Assembly (NCBI RefSeq): GCF_009914755.1
Contig: NC_060938.1
Origin: the human T2T-CHM13v2.0 reference genome, Homo sapiens
Strand: one strand, 5' to 3'
DNA length: 64,000 nt
Position 1 is the stretch's first letter; each line of letters begins with the position of its first letter. Both the position numbers and the translations under genes were made by a program. A model generated the notes under the pieces. It made no database searches and was not told the origin of the DNA. It was given only the letters and a program-made list of their open reading frames with translations. Shown here one piece after another: positions 1-15,333 of this stretch.

Positions 1-254
1 TAGCATTTTGATTAAGAGCTCTGATAAAGGAAGGGAGACCCTGGCAACTGTAATCTTTTGGATTGTGAGAAGGGCTATTTGTTCCCTGGGCTATCTGGTG
101 ACAACATACATATATTCTGGCAGAGTGAACTGAGTGGTGCATCAATACCACAGAAAAGTACATGGATCAAGTTTAAGAGAATCAACCTGGGATACTTGAC
201 ATTCACAAATGAAAAGAAGACACTTACTAAATGTTGACCATGTTGAACCAGGTG

Positions 255-420
255 GTCTTCTAAGAGTTTTACACCTAATCCTACCCATATTACTTTGAGA
301 GAGGTATTATGATGGTTCCCATTTTCCAGATGAGAAAACTATCACAGAAAGGTTGAGTAAGTTGCCTCACATCATATAACTAGTCAAAGATTTGAATCCA
401 GGCAATCTGCTTTTAAATAC
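255..420 (-). mobile_element. MIR fragment
   Basis: cccattttccagatgagaaaact...aaggttgagtaagttgcc...gatttgaatccaggca resembles the antisense MIR core. Confidence 0.7.
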
Positions 421-494
421 TCATGTTTAATAAAAACATAGGATGTGTCATTCTACAACATTCCTTTCCATGAGATGGTGTTTGGTTGCTCATA

Positions 495-680
495 GCATAG
501 TGGTTAAAAGGGCAGGCTTTCAAGCCCACTGCTAGGTTCAACTGTGTGACCTTGAACAAGATACGTAACTTCTCTGTGCCTCAGTTTTCTGCTTGGTAAA
601 ATGGGGGTGACGTGAGGATTAAATGAGTTGGTACACAGCAAGCATTTATAGAGGCTAGTTATTGTTGTGACTAGTTCTGC
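495..680 (+). mobile_element. MIR fragment
   Basis: tgtgtgaccttgaacaag...aacttctctgtgcctcagttttct...taaaatgggg...gtgaggattaaatgag. Confidence 0.75.
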
Positions 681-758
681 TACTATCAACCTAGTAAGAG
701 AGTAGATTAAGAGCACATTGTACTTACAGAGGCCAGTAAAGCCTAAGGTATTTTTTTT

Positions 759-1452
<694 letters not shown>

Positions 1453-2414
1453 TAAATAATGTGGCTTATCCTCTTTTTATAAAAGGAGAGTAGATGTTTT
1501 TCAGCCCCTGATTTTTGTATATATCTGGCATCCAAGTTGATGTAACCTATCACTTACTATGAACTTCAGCCTTCAGATCTCTATTTTTTTGTTCCTTCAC
1601 CCACATTTTTGTTAGTTCTCTTCCTAACATCTTTGGAAATCCAGTCAGGGTTAAGTTCAGCAAAACCATGTGTCGCAGGAGAAATGGTAAAGGATCAGGT
1701 TAGCAGGCTGCCCAGATGAAGCAATAAATTTATCAAGAAAAAAACTGCAAAAATCATGGGTAATGTGCATAGTATTTGCCCTGATAAAGCGTCTGACACA
1801 AGCCTGTGGAAAAGCAAACACGTTATGTGCTCCATGTTCATGTGGTTCAGTTAAGCAAAGAAGAGACAGGATCTTCAGAACCAAAGGATGTGAAGAAATG
1901 GAGCTTTTTTTCATCACAATTAGCCATCAGGGTGGAAGCCAGTTATTACCAATATAGTAGATAGAATCATTCTCTGCATCAGTAGAAGTCTTTATGCCCT
2001 GTACAAGGGGCATTGTGTACTGTAAATAATTCAACCATAATGCAGCCATGGAGAGAGAGCCATCATCAGTAAGAAGGATTCAACCCAGCCAGCTACTGGC
2101 TTGTATTAAAAGAAGAAATATAATGAATTGGGAAGATGTTGAAAATTGTAGATGTATTTGCTTACAATTTTTTTTTCATTAGTAGAGGATAATTTTTGTT
2201 TTCTGAAGCATTTGATTGAATTAAAGTAGCTCTTGTCATTAAATAATCTTTAAATTAACCTTCAACCATGTATCAGCAGCTGTAAGATAGAAACAAATGC
2301 ATTATGTATTACTGTTTTGGATATTAGTTCTGAAAAAGCCAACTATCATTCTCAACATCAAAGAGCACCCCTTATCAAGGACTTGGCTGATAGGATAAAG
2401 CACTGGCTATTTAC

Positions 2415-2552
2415 CTTATGACCTTGGTCCCAATCCAGATCATATTGCCAATGAAAGGACGTTTGTGATCCCAGCCCCACACAGATAGATGGTAGTCCAT
2501 ATCACCAAGAACACAGATTGGCAAAACTGGCATTTTCCTGCTTAGGAGAGAC
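2415..2552 (-). other. Candidate 138-nt exon (unverified)
   Basis: Minus-strand acceptor ttttttctgtcttag|G and donor AAG|gtaaat; one open frame. Confidence 0.3.
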
Positions 2553-5500
2553 CTAAGACAGAAAAAAGTCCAGAGCCATGGAAGTGAAAAAGCATCCCGC
2601 TCATACGCCATCCTAGAGATGGCAGTCTTCTCAACTGGACGAGGTGGCTCAGAATAGCAAGCTGGGGATGCGCTCCAACCTGGCTTGCAGATAAAGAAAT
2701 CTGTTTTCAGAGCTTGCAACTCGTCCAAGCCTATTTTTCAAGCCAACACCTCCTCTCCAAATTCTCCCCTCCCCCATCCCTCTCCTTCCAGAAACAAAAA
2801 GCAGAAGGATCTTTAGGTTGCCATTTGTAGAACTAGGTTGATGGCTTTAATCTTTTTAAAGGATGATTGCAACTGAGCTGATATGTTTCAGACTTTGCTT
2901 TTAAAAAGGAAGATTAAAAATAGTTAGATATTACATTCTCAGTATAGTTTTTTAGATTACAGAGTTAACAATTTATTACAATTATGCCTGTAGCATCACA
3001 TTCTCAGGAAGGAGATATACTCCATCAACTGTAGAAAAAACTACACTAGGTAGAAAACTTTTCACTGGCTCCATATGAGTGGTTTAACATTTTAAAAATA
3101 TATACTTAAAGTCATTAATAAAAGATAATGTAGTTTGTATTTGACATTTGCATTTATTTGATAATAGATACTATAAATATTTCAATGTGTAATATCTTAT
3201 TTCAGACAATTTCTCTTTGCTTCTATACATTTGACCATTTTTATTTTTCATTCTATTAGTTTACTAATTTAGTCATTCCTAGTCTTTCCAAGAAACATTT
3301 TAGTGATTGTAAATAGTTAACATATATTATAATTATACTTATTTGATATTACAAGAAGGGAGGCTTCCAACATCTGGTCATACACCACATCCTTTATTTC
3401 CAAATAGAGCTAGAGAACAATCTCTCTTTAGCTGTAAGTTAGGATACTCAGCCAGGCAGGCAATGTGAACTTCTATGATACTGTTATTAGAAGCATTTAA
3501 GAGCCTATTCTACATATATGAATACTAAATAACAGCAGCTATTTTAAAAGTGAATGCACATCTCCTGAGTGGGGAAAGGGGCATTGCTATGTGTTTATGT
3601 TTCTACTAAAGGAAAACTTCCCTCACCCATAAGAATTAAAGATGACTAGTACCACCCACATAAGGGGAAGTCCATCTATTCTTGTTCTATATACAATACA
3701 AAGTGTGACAGCATTGGAGCTTCAGCCTAGCTCAACTTGCTCAGATGGCTCAGGTGGTGGGCTTGAAGGAAACTCAGGTTGGGGAGGTTGTCAGGACACA
3801 GAAAATTACATGGAGCTCCAGGCATTCCAATGGTCTTGTCTGGGAAGCGGATCCCTTGATTTTCCATGAGGCTGTTTGTCCTTGGTGCCTAGCATTCCTG
3901 TAACATCCATTAGGCTAAATTGGCTTCTCTTACATGCACAGAGGGGAGAGCAGATGAAAGGATACAAATGCAACAGACTTTTATTGTCAGCAAACAAAAA
4001 AGGGCACATATGTGCCAGTTTATAAATTACTGTTTTCATTAAAAAGGAGTTCAAAAATCAGGTTCCACTTATCATTGTTAAAACCTTAAATTTTTTTTAG
4101 CTGTATGATTTCATTATATGAATTACAGAACAGTAATAGAGTAATATTACTCTTAAGCCAGCTCACTTAAATTTAAGACATTCAAGACCCAATAATGCAC
4201 TAGGTTCTTTAGTTCAAGTTATGCAAATAATATACATTTTTTATTCGGCTTCCCACCAGGTTATACATGTATTATAAACACAACAAAGGCCCCTTTCTTG
4301 TACAATATATTACTCAGAAGCTGGTGAAAAATAGAAGCCAAAATATTGTGAATTACATTCTTTTAATGGTTTGGCTTTGTACTACTGGCTGACATATTTT
4401 AAATGCTAAAGAGAAGCTGAACTGGAAAGAGAGAAATGTTGACTCACTGTTCTCTACTACTGTTGCCATTCATACTGATGTTCTTCAATGTCTAAATCAG
4501 ATTATTATCTTTGTTTTCTTTAGAGTGGAACTAGTAGATCCAGCTTTGCTACATTTGGAAAATCAGCAGGGGGAATGGTCATCTCAAAAAGACAAAAATA
4601 AAAGAAGGGACTGAAACTTAACATAAATTACCATGGCTGTCCCTGAACTCAGAACTGGAGAGAACCTTTTTATTCTTTTACACACAGCTTATGATGGAAA
4701 TCAATACGGATTATTTCGCAAGCATTGTTTCGTAAATATTTAGTATAGTTGCCTAACGTAATTCAGACACTTAAAAAATACAGCCGCTGATGTACTAATT
4801 CCAGTCAGGCATTACAGTTTTTAAAAAGCCAAAATTAAAAAAATTAGAACTACTGAACATCTTCTGATGAAAACGATAGTCACAGACTTTGCCCCAAAAT
4901 TTATGCACTAAATAGTGAGATGGCTCTGTGCTCTTCCGCAGATTTCCACGTTTCCGTGTCTGCCCAATATAGTCAACTGGTAACTAGATCAAGTGAATAA
5001 AATAAAGCTAAAAACATTATGGATTTTTCTAAAAAGTGAACAGGAACGTGCTTCTGTGTGTCCTGAAATACACAGATTAGTCCCATTATAATCTCATACT
5101 TAAGAAAAAAATTCATTTACTAAGGGAACATTACTTGTTTACACTGGGCAAATTGAAAACAAAAATAAGAAAAGTGGAAAATAAGAAATGCAGTCCTTTA
5201 GCTTCATGACGTAACATGAGCTTTGTGGGAACAAGAGAGCATTCCTTTATACTTGTATGCAATCTGAGCTCAGTGGCTTTGAAAGCTCTGAAGTCCTCCA
5301 CAAAACTCTTTCCTCCCTTTTTTCCCTCTTAAAAAAAAAAACACCTCAACTAATGTATATAATCTCATCAGCATTTCTAACAGAAATTCTCACCTCAAAT
5401 TTCTTCCTGTGTGAGAGTAGAACCAGTCTCTGGAGTACTTGGCAAAACACCCGAGCCTCTTGTTTAATTCAACAAGTGTGAGTTGTGCTTCTCCTGAAAG

Positions 5501-8500
5501 CATATAGCTCTTTATACACGACAAAAAGAGCCACAGTGGATGGCAAGCAATCGTGTTTTAAGATGATGCATCATCTGTTTGGATGCTGCCAGTCTTCCCC
5601 TGGATCTGTAGATGGCTCCTTTCTTAACAAAATGTAGGCACAGAATTGCATTTACTGTCCACAGTGATGATGTGAAAGATTAAAAAATTGCCCTCCATCA
5701 GATTGCTATTAAGAAAAAAAAGACTGTGAGGTCAGAATTATTTCTTAATTGCATTTCACACCTGGTTAAGATAGTGTATACAGCTGCAAGGAGATGAAAA
5801 GAATGATTGATCCTTGAAGAGAATAGGTAGAGTAGGCATTGGAAAGCTTGAGAGCAAGGCACACTGGGGTGGAGTGAAAAGCAGAAATCACTTTTGGTAG
5901 AATTAATTTCTTGCCAGCATTTGAAAAAGAGGAAAGTGGCTCTGGAAGCAGCCTTCATTCTCCAATGCTGACTGCAAATCCCCCACCAAAACAGTCTCAC
6001 TGTAAACAGCAGATATTTTAGATGCAATTAGACTTCCATGTGCCATGCACAACAGCTGGGAAGAGTTTGCAAAGTTTTCTCTTAATTTGAGCGGAATCCT
6101 AAAGAAATAAAATATCCTGACAACTTTTAGTGTTGTCTTGTGACTTTAAAAAAAAATCAGCCTGTGAAGTATCACTGCTCTGTTTTAGTCTAATGCTACT
6201 TCTATCTTTTATCCTTTTTAATTAGAAGGCAAATTCTCAGACCGCCAGGCCTAATCCCTACACAGTGGAACAAAGCCCAGCAAAGCCTTTGAACACTGTT
6301 CAGCCGGGCAGCACAAACCCTAGTAACTGTTGGCAGTAGGGGCAGGACTCTGACCCTCATCTCAGCCATTCTCCTGCAGCTCCTGATGCTCCCTGCCCTT
6401 CAGAACCCTATCTGTTGTTCTTCTGTTTAGACTGAAAAGACAAAAGAGGAGACAATGTGGGAAACCTAGAGGATTGGCTAGGTAGGATGCAGGGAGCTAG
6501 TGACGGATAGGGGCAAGTAAATGGAGTTTCACGGGAATGGACACAGTGGGGAGAATTGGATCACCAGATTAGGTCTTTAGGTTCAAGAAATTTCTTCATC
6601 CCTCACTAAATCTTTTCATGGACAATGCCACTTTTTAAACAATTGTTGCATTTCCAATTACTCCAGGAGTGTTCAAACAAATGCCCCAAACCCTCCATGA
6701 AAAGTTTGCTCATATTTTAAACTCGCCAGATGAAAATGAATAAAACAAATACCCCCCAAATCAGTGGCAGACACTTACATCTCCAAAGTATTTACGCTTG
6801 TAATAATATTTGAGTCAAGAGCATAATTTGAGCTCACTCAAGCAAAACATGGAACTAGACAGAAACGTGAATTTTCAAAGCTAATCGGAACAATCATGAA
6901 TCAAAAAGCCAAATTCCAAGTATGCAAATATGAAAAAGGATTGTTTGCATTTCCTACTTTGGCTAACTGTGAATTATTGAACAATGAAACAACAGATGCT
7001 ACTACCATGTTGCAAACTCTTCCAAATTGTTCTTAGATTGAGCTACGTATGTGTGGGAATTACTGTCTGATGCCAGGATGTTTAAGAGTTGTAATGGGAT
7101 TTCTGAAAAAGATAGGCATCTTCTGTTTTTTTTGTTTTTGTTTTTGTTTTTAGATATGTGGAATAGATATGTCAAGAAAAAAAGAGAAGAAAAAAACCCT
7201 TTATTGGAAATATTTTTAACAGTCTCTCAATTCTTAAACACAGCAGGTTTTATAAAGCCACTTTCAGTTTTCCTTCTAATGTCTGCAGAAAACCCAACAT
7301 ATGTAGTGAAATACTTAACCCAATCATTAGGGTTGTCTTTGTAACCAAATATAAAATGTGTTACTGATCTGGTTTTGGGTCATTAAGAGGTTAATTTAAA
7401 TCATAGGAAAGGATTCATTCAGGGGTTTAGATGAGTATTGTCCAATAAATGTGTACATTTTATCAAGTTATCTTAAATTCAAAGTTAGAGCTAACACTTT
7501 TAAGGAAGCTTCCATTTTAAAAGCTCTCAGTAAAGACAGATATCCCAAGTTTTATATTTAAATAAAATATGATTTCAAAATTATTAAAGTGTAAGTTTTA
7601 CATGGATTTCTAGCATTTATTTTGAGAACATATGCTTATCTTATTAAAGGGACAGCAATTACTGTAACTACAGTCCATTTCTGTACAATTTCTATTATTC
7701 AAATGACAAAACCCAATATCTTCCTCCACATTCTCCGTCTTTGTGCTGAATAAGCAAATCTTTTCTCCAGGTCAAAAGTGGTAAAATAGGTGAAATCCAC
7801 AGAGATAATGAAATACAACTATGGGTAATATAAAAAATGATGCAGCATTATTGGCAGTCGTCTCTCAGCCTGCTTTTAGGTTTGTTTTTACCTTTGATCT
7901 TATCAAAAAATATACAAAATATAGCTACTTACATCCATACTCTTTAAGTACATCTTATGTTCATCATTTTTTCTTTTTTATTTAAATAAAAACTGTCTGA
8001 AAAATTAATACACTAGTTATTTCAGGGCTCTAAGCAGTGATCCTAATTTGCAAATAAAAACACTTAAATTAAAAAAAAAATACTTTTTGTAAAGACAGAA
8101 GCCACTTAAAGAAATTGTCTGAATGTTTGCACGTATTTCACTGTCTAATGCTCCAATGGAAATGATCAATAAACATTTGCATAAAAAAGACCAAATTCAT
8201 TGCATGTGTGTTTTAATAATAATTGGAAATCTTTACCTAGTGGAAAATTATTTCTTGTTGTTCTGCATGCACGTGCCATCTTTTGCAAGTAGGCAATTAA
8301 ATCCAGCAGGCAACGTTCTGTAGTGATACTTGGGGTAGTTCTGAAAGTTCTAAAGATTCAGAGGTAGTCCTGCAAATGCACATAACCCACAGCTAAACAC
8401 AGTTCCCATAAATCAAACCTGGCATCACTTCTACTATTAGGGAATGGCTTTTGTGTTTGTTTTTGTCCCCCATCACTATCATCTACCTACTCACCTTAAT

Positions 8501-11394
8501 CATGTATATGAAATAATTTTATTAGAATTGAATAGAAGAGATTCTTGATCAGAGGAATCTAAAGCTTTTGAAGACAGCTTTTTCTTTTAAGAAACTAAGA
8601 CTTGCGTGAACCATGACAATGCAGCACACCTAGTTATCAAACAGGGTTGAATATACTCATTAAAACTTACTAGAATGTGAACATTAAAATAACTGCTATA
8701 TTTCCCGTTTTCTCTTTCTTAGGATCCATGCAACTTAGGTGTACATAATAGGTTTGAGTCGATTGGGTTGCCAAAATTAAAATATTTTTTGTGGAGGTTA
8801 GTTGTTGTTATTGTTACTGTTTCTTCTACTGAATAAAGCTTTCTTTACTAAGAATAAAGCCTTAGAGAGTTTCTGAAGCTTATAATTTAATGACCATAAA
8901 TACTAAGCTCAATCAAAACAAATGCTAAAAAAAAAAAAAAGGAAAAGAAAAGAAAAGAAAAAAAAAAAAGCCAGCTCTTAATTCTGTATTCTGATCCATC
9001 AGTGACTGTATAACTATATCATTAACGATGTTCTCTAACTGGGGAAGTCCCTACCCTAGAGTGTAAGGGATCAAAGAAAACATTCTTTTCTGTCTGGTAC
9101 ACTTAGTAGTCCTGCCTCCCAACAGTGGGATAAAAGGAACTTGCTAAACTGTTGCCATTTTGCAACATCTGCTATAATTCCCCTAAATCCAGATTTGCCT
9201 GACACAGAGAGGCCTGTTCTTACATCATTGCCATGTGACAGTATAACACCAGTCACATCAAGCTTGGGGATTGCAGCTTCAGGCTATGATAATATGAAGA
9301 AAACCTTTTTGCCTAGGGCAAAACACTTGTAACAAAGTATTATTCATCTGGCCAATTTAAATCTTCTCTCAAAAAGGTACCCAGAAACATATGCAGTATT
9401 CCTTTGTAAAAGGCTGGAGCAGCTCATAGGCAAATGACCTGAACCAAGAGTACAAAACCTAATGTCCTGATTAATTACTGCTAAGCAGCTCTGATACACA
9501 GAAAGGAGAATGCTGGTACTAATCCTTAACCCTGTCCTACATTCTCAAAATAGGCCAAACATTGCTGACAGTTACAAAAACAAACCTGTCCGGGTTTGTT
9601 TTTTTTTTTTTTTATAGTAGTACATTATCACTCAACGCCCTCCACCTTATAAAACAAGGATGCAGTTCATATCAGTAGACAGATCAGGGAATTACCAGTC
9701 CAGGGGACTTCTTGGGACAAGGGCACAGGCTCACAGAAAGAAAATATCTGAAGGCACAAAAAAATCTAACAACACACACAAACTCAAACAGAAATATTGC
9801 AGGTGTTCTTATTTTCAGAGATCAGCTTGCATAAGATTGAGCTTTTCCAAAAATTGTTCCTTGAGTTGAGCAACCTCAACACAGCAATTCTTTGCTGATT
9901 AATGTGGAGCAGACAGACTGTAATGCTTAGGATTTTCTTAGGATGAGATGTTCAAATTCCCTTTACCTATAAAAATAAGGGGATACTCATAGTTCACTAA
10001 AAATATCAGACATTTTATAATTCCAAACTATTTGAATTGTGAAGCTATATTGGCTTCGATCACTCAAATTACAGGTACTTTTATCAATAAAGCAGACATC
10101 TGGAGTTTCTTTCACTTTTGCTGAGCAAGAAATCAATGGTTAAAAGAAGAAAGTCCTATATAAGGAAAAAGGAAGTTGCATATCTTAGCAGATTTTTTCC
10201 AGTTTTTAAAACAATCAGAAAGTAACTAAAATACAGCTCACGTTACTACCAGTTGTGACAGTTTTATATCATAGGTTAATCACATTAAAATATACCTCTC
10301 TTGGGCTTTATGTGTGAAACCTGGCACTCAGATAGCACTAATTCAAAATAAATAATGAACCTTACCTATTTTGAAGACTGCCTTTAATTTGACATTATTT
10401 TACAGGCACACTCCCGCCTCAGTTTTCCAAGAAATAGTGAGAAACAGGAAGCCAATCAAGGTCAAAATTCTGAAGGGCCAGCCTAACTATCATAGGGTCA
10501 TTTTCCCCAGGTAGCTACTAAAGGAGAGGAGACATATTTTCACCTGAAATACACTCATTATTAAGTCTAATACCATTTTAGATTTTGAAGACTTCTGTGT
10601 GTAAGCCCATTATTTTTAGACACAAACATTTTCACACAGCACAGCAACTCATCCAGTGTTTAACAGACAGCATAAGAAATGAATTTTCCACCTGTCCAGA
10701 TAAAACAGGATGCCGGAAGCCCAAGACAATACAAGAAGCTGGTTCAACGTAGCAGCCTGAGTGTTGACAGTCTCTGCTGTTTTTCACAGCATCATGTACT
10801 TGTTTCTCTTTGTCCAACTTCTTTTCCTTCTTTTCCCTACCCATTTTCCCTCTCTCCCTTCCTCAGCTGGTCCCCAAGGGATGCACTTTAGTTTCTCAAC
10901 AATCCTCATCACTACCCTCTCCCCACACCCGACTTTCTGAATTGAAGTGACTCACCTTCTCATTAGTGGGGTTGTAACTCTTGAGTCAAGTCACCTGGGT
11001 TCATAACGTCTTCACAATTCTGAGCAACACCTGCTCCCGGGCATGACGACTTTTGATGGCAATTGTCCCTCCCTGAAGCCTGAAGCTCCGACTCTATTCA
11101 GGGGCAGAGTAAAGAACCAAATAGCTGTTTCTCAGGTTTGGACATCCCACTTGACAATCCTGCAGAAGTGAAAGAGTTGCTTTATTATCTGCAAAGATTG
11201 ACACAATTTAGGGGGAACTTTCTCCTTTCTGGTCTGTGGCAGGTTTTCTTTTGCAGATTTAAAACAGAAAAGTTAAGAAGGTTGAAAATCACTGCCCTTC
11301 CTGGAATTTGAACTGAATATTATTAGGACTGGAAATACTCAAGCATTTCCTAGTTTCCCTTTCACTAATCAGTCTCTCTAAGGCATAGGAAGTA

Positions 11395-11730
11395 CAATGG
11401 AGAGCACATATATTTTGGATTAGAGAGACACAGGCAGGCTTAAAACCTGGCTCTCATTTATCAGCTCTACGATCCTGAGTGAATTACTTGACCTCTCTGA
11501 AACTCAGTTTCCTCAGCTATAAAATGGGGGCAAGTAAGGCCTATTTCACCCCGTTGTTGGGAGGATCAAATGAGATAATGAATGTAAAGCAACCTCTTTA
11601 ACCAACCACAACAATCCTATTAGGCATTATAATCTCCATTTCACAGAACGGGGGAATGGGGAATGATTCAGGAAGGTTAAAGCACATGCCAAATGTGACA
11701 GTCACATTGTAGGTGTTTAGTAAACGGGGT
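11395..11730. mobile_element. Two MIR fragments (+ then -)
   Basis: ttacttgacctctctgaaactcagtttcctcagctataaaatgggg...gaggatcaaatgagataatg, then ccatttcacaga...ggaaggttaaag. Confidence 0.7.
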
Positions 11731-12669
11731 CTATTATATTCATCAACCCAAGAAGCATGGATTCTCACCTATCTCAAAATAAATCGTTAGCAAGTTGGAG
11801 GGCCTTTGCTCTAGTGGGTGAAACAGCCAAGCTTCCTTTTTAAATAGCTCCTCGGAGGCCTTTCCAGGAAAGCCCAAAGGGAAAGGTTCTTCTCATTTTC
11901 CAAACCCTGACTTCGTTGTAGGCATTACTGAAATGTTACCTCTTTAGTCAACTCGACGACACTTCTAGTTACCATCTCCTTTTCCCAGAGCAGGATCCAG
12001 AACTTTGAGAAATGTCAAATCATTTGTCAAAGGTCATAGGTATTACTTATGTTGGAACCAGATTTGTAAATCTAGATCTCTATGTCCTTGAAGACAATGT
12101 TTTTCCCACCCCGGCTCATGGCTCTCACTCACCACCCATCTGCTCAGGGCATGGAACCATGGTTAGATGTTGGAGGAAGAATGGCTAAACCTTTTCAAGG
12201 GGCATGCTCTGTGGCAGGTTCTTCTGTTAGCCCAACAAAACCATCACGTTTTCTAGAATGAAGCCTAAATAGAAATGAATCTTAAGTAAAAAGCAGAAAT
12301 CAGGGTCAAATAACTAGATCAATAAACTGAAAAGGGCAATACAGTGGAAGGCATTTCAAGGTGCAAAACAAAGGAGAGGAGAGTCAGATCAAATTCCAAA
12401 TCATTTCCAGGAGGAATAGGGACCTAACAGTACAAACTTTTAATTGTGTACATGCTAAAAGGTTTAGAAAACCAGGTTAGTAATAATGGAGATGTTTCTC
12501 TCCTGCTGATTCCCACTGTTCTTTGTACCTCACTTTCCCCTCCAACCCAAACCCCACATCCTCTCTGGCTCACTAGGGATTGTGAATGAAAGACAGAAAA
12601 TGAATTTAAAGAATCCACAAGGGTACTCTATATCCTTGCCTTCGCACCGACCCTCAGGTGATTAAAGAA

Positions 12670-12762
12670 ATGTGCATATGAATCACCTAGTGATCCTGTT
12701 ATAATGCAGATTCTGGTTAAATAGGTCTTGGGGTGAGGCCTCCATTCTGCTTTTCTAACTGG
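12670..12762. mobile_element. MER5A-like hAT fragment
   Basis: gaatcacctagtgatcctgttataatgcagattctgg...aggtcttggggtgaggcc...tgcttttctaac. Confidence 0.6.
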
Positions 12763-13599
12763 GAGCGCAGATTTCAGATAACATCACTCAGATTCTTCAG
12801 CTTTTCTTGAAATGTCAGTGCAGCCCTTAGAATTCAAGGTATCCTCGTGGAAGTGGGGCCGTGAACTCTGAAGTGTTACTCCCTCCCAGACCTCAGAGGA
12901 CTCTCAGCTGGAGACTCTCTCGATGGTTAGAACAGAATCTGCCTAAGTAGAACAGGCACTCAAGTTAGAGCAGGCAGGCAACTGATTGTATAGACTCTCA
13001 CCTCGAATCAAAAAAAGACAGGAAAAGAAAGGGCTGTAAGAGACCTAACTAACCCAAATGATAACCTGTGAATACAGACCAGACCCTGATTGTCTTAAAA
13101 TCAAATTTCTTTCCAGTTGAACTTAAAAGGTGAACAATTGGCTGGCAGTAGGGCCTATTGGATAGAAGTCAGGGAGACGGGACGGTGAGTCATCAGGAAA
13201 GGCAAAACTATACTGATCCAGCACAGAACTGGGCTGGAGCAGGGGTCAGTGGGGACCTTCTCCTTCTTTTCGTCGGTTAGGGTAACTTTTCTGGCCCTGA
13301 TAAAGTGAAAGAGAGTCAAGTGGGTGATTTGTACAACTGGTTAAGGCTTAAGGACATGAATTCTGCTGGAGGGGGCCAGAGGAGGGGTTGAGCCAGCTTC
13401 ATGAATGCTGCTTCTACCCACCAGGGCTGAAAACTTTGGCTGCAGACAAGAGAAGGGCACAGCTCACTTTTTCTTTGGCTTTGTTTCTTGAAAACCTGCT
13501 AAATCCCAGCAGCTGCACCATATATTGTCTTATATCACCCAGTAGCAGATTCAGGTTGAGGCTGAGGTTGAGAATATGATCAACAACCCCAGGATTTGG

Positions 13600-14086
<487 letters not shown>

Positions 14087-14395
14087 CCAGGATTTGGGTA
14101 TCATCACCCATTCCCTGGGAAGATTGAACAATATTAGATTTAAACCTACCTGCCCTCTGCCCCTGTGCTTGGTACTCCCAGGCAGAAAAGGCAATGAACA
14201 AGGTCAAGAATGCTCAGATGATCTAGAATGCCCTGTTGGGCAATTTGGTGAGAGAATGACAATGTGGGTCGGTTCCTGGTGTCTCATAGCAAGATTGTCT
14301 CTTGCATAAATTTTTTAAAAGTGCTCTTGGCAAGATAAAGGTATGAAGCTATGAGACATATACTCAAGTGTTTGGAAAAATTGTAACAATTAATC

Positions 14396-14743
<348 letters not shown>

Positions 14744-15331
14744 TCATTTTCTACTGGTGATGAAAATACATGCTACCTCATAAGCTCGGCAGACCAGCTC
14801 CCTCTTTTCAGAAGCTGGACAGAACCAGTGGTAGAAGTAAAGCCCTGTGAGTCACTCCACTTAGGCCAGCTACCATTTCACATCGCTAACACCCCCTCGA
14901 ATCTGTTAACACTTTTTTTTTTTCCTAAAAACTTTCTTAGTGGATGTGGAAAAAAAAGGGAGGGCGGAGGGGCCTGGGGGATAAAGGCTACTGTCAAATT
15001 GATTAAGTGAACGCTCATTAGAGAAAGTAACAAGAGGCAAAATCTGCATATGCATTGCAGAAATGTGTCTGATCTTGCTTAAGTTGTAAAAGACAAAAAG
15101 GGCTGAAAACCTCCCTCGCTGGAAGTACTTGAGGGAGAACTGGGGGAGGGGAAAGTTCTCTAACAGTAACTTTCTTTCATTGTAAACACAAGCTAGAGCA
15201 GCCACAGACTCCAACACTCTGGTACAAACTTTGTTTTCTAATAATTTGTAGTACGATTATTAAAAAAAAAAAATTTAACCTGACTGTTCTTAGAATACAC
15301 TAGCCACTTCCTCAATTTCTTTTAATGTAAG

Positions 15332-15333
<2 letters not shown>

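Noticed and set aside
1660-2110. Sequence that looked like a processed pseudogene
   Set aside because: All plus frames have stops, no recognisable protein, no poly(A) tail or TSD.
2415-2552. Faint WD40-like look of DYHLSVWGWDHK
   Set aside because: Too short and matches no protein I recognise; no gene name assigned.
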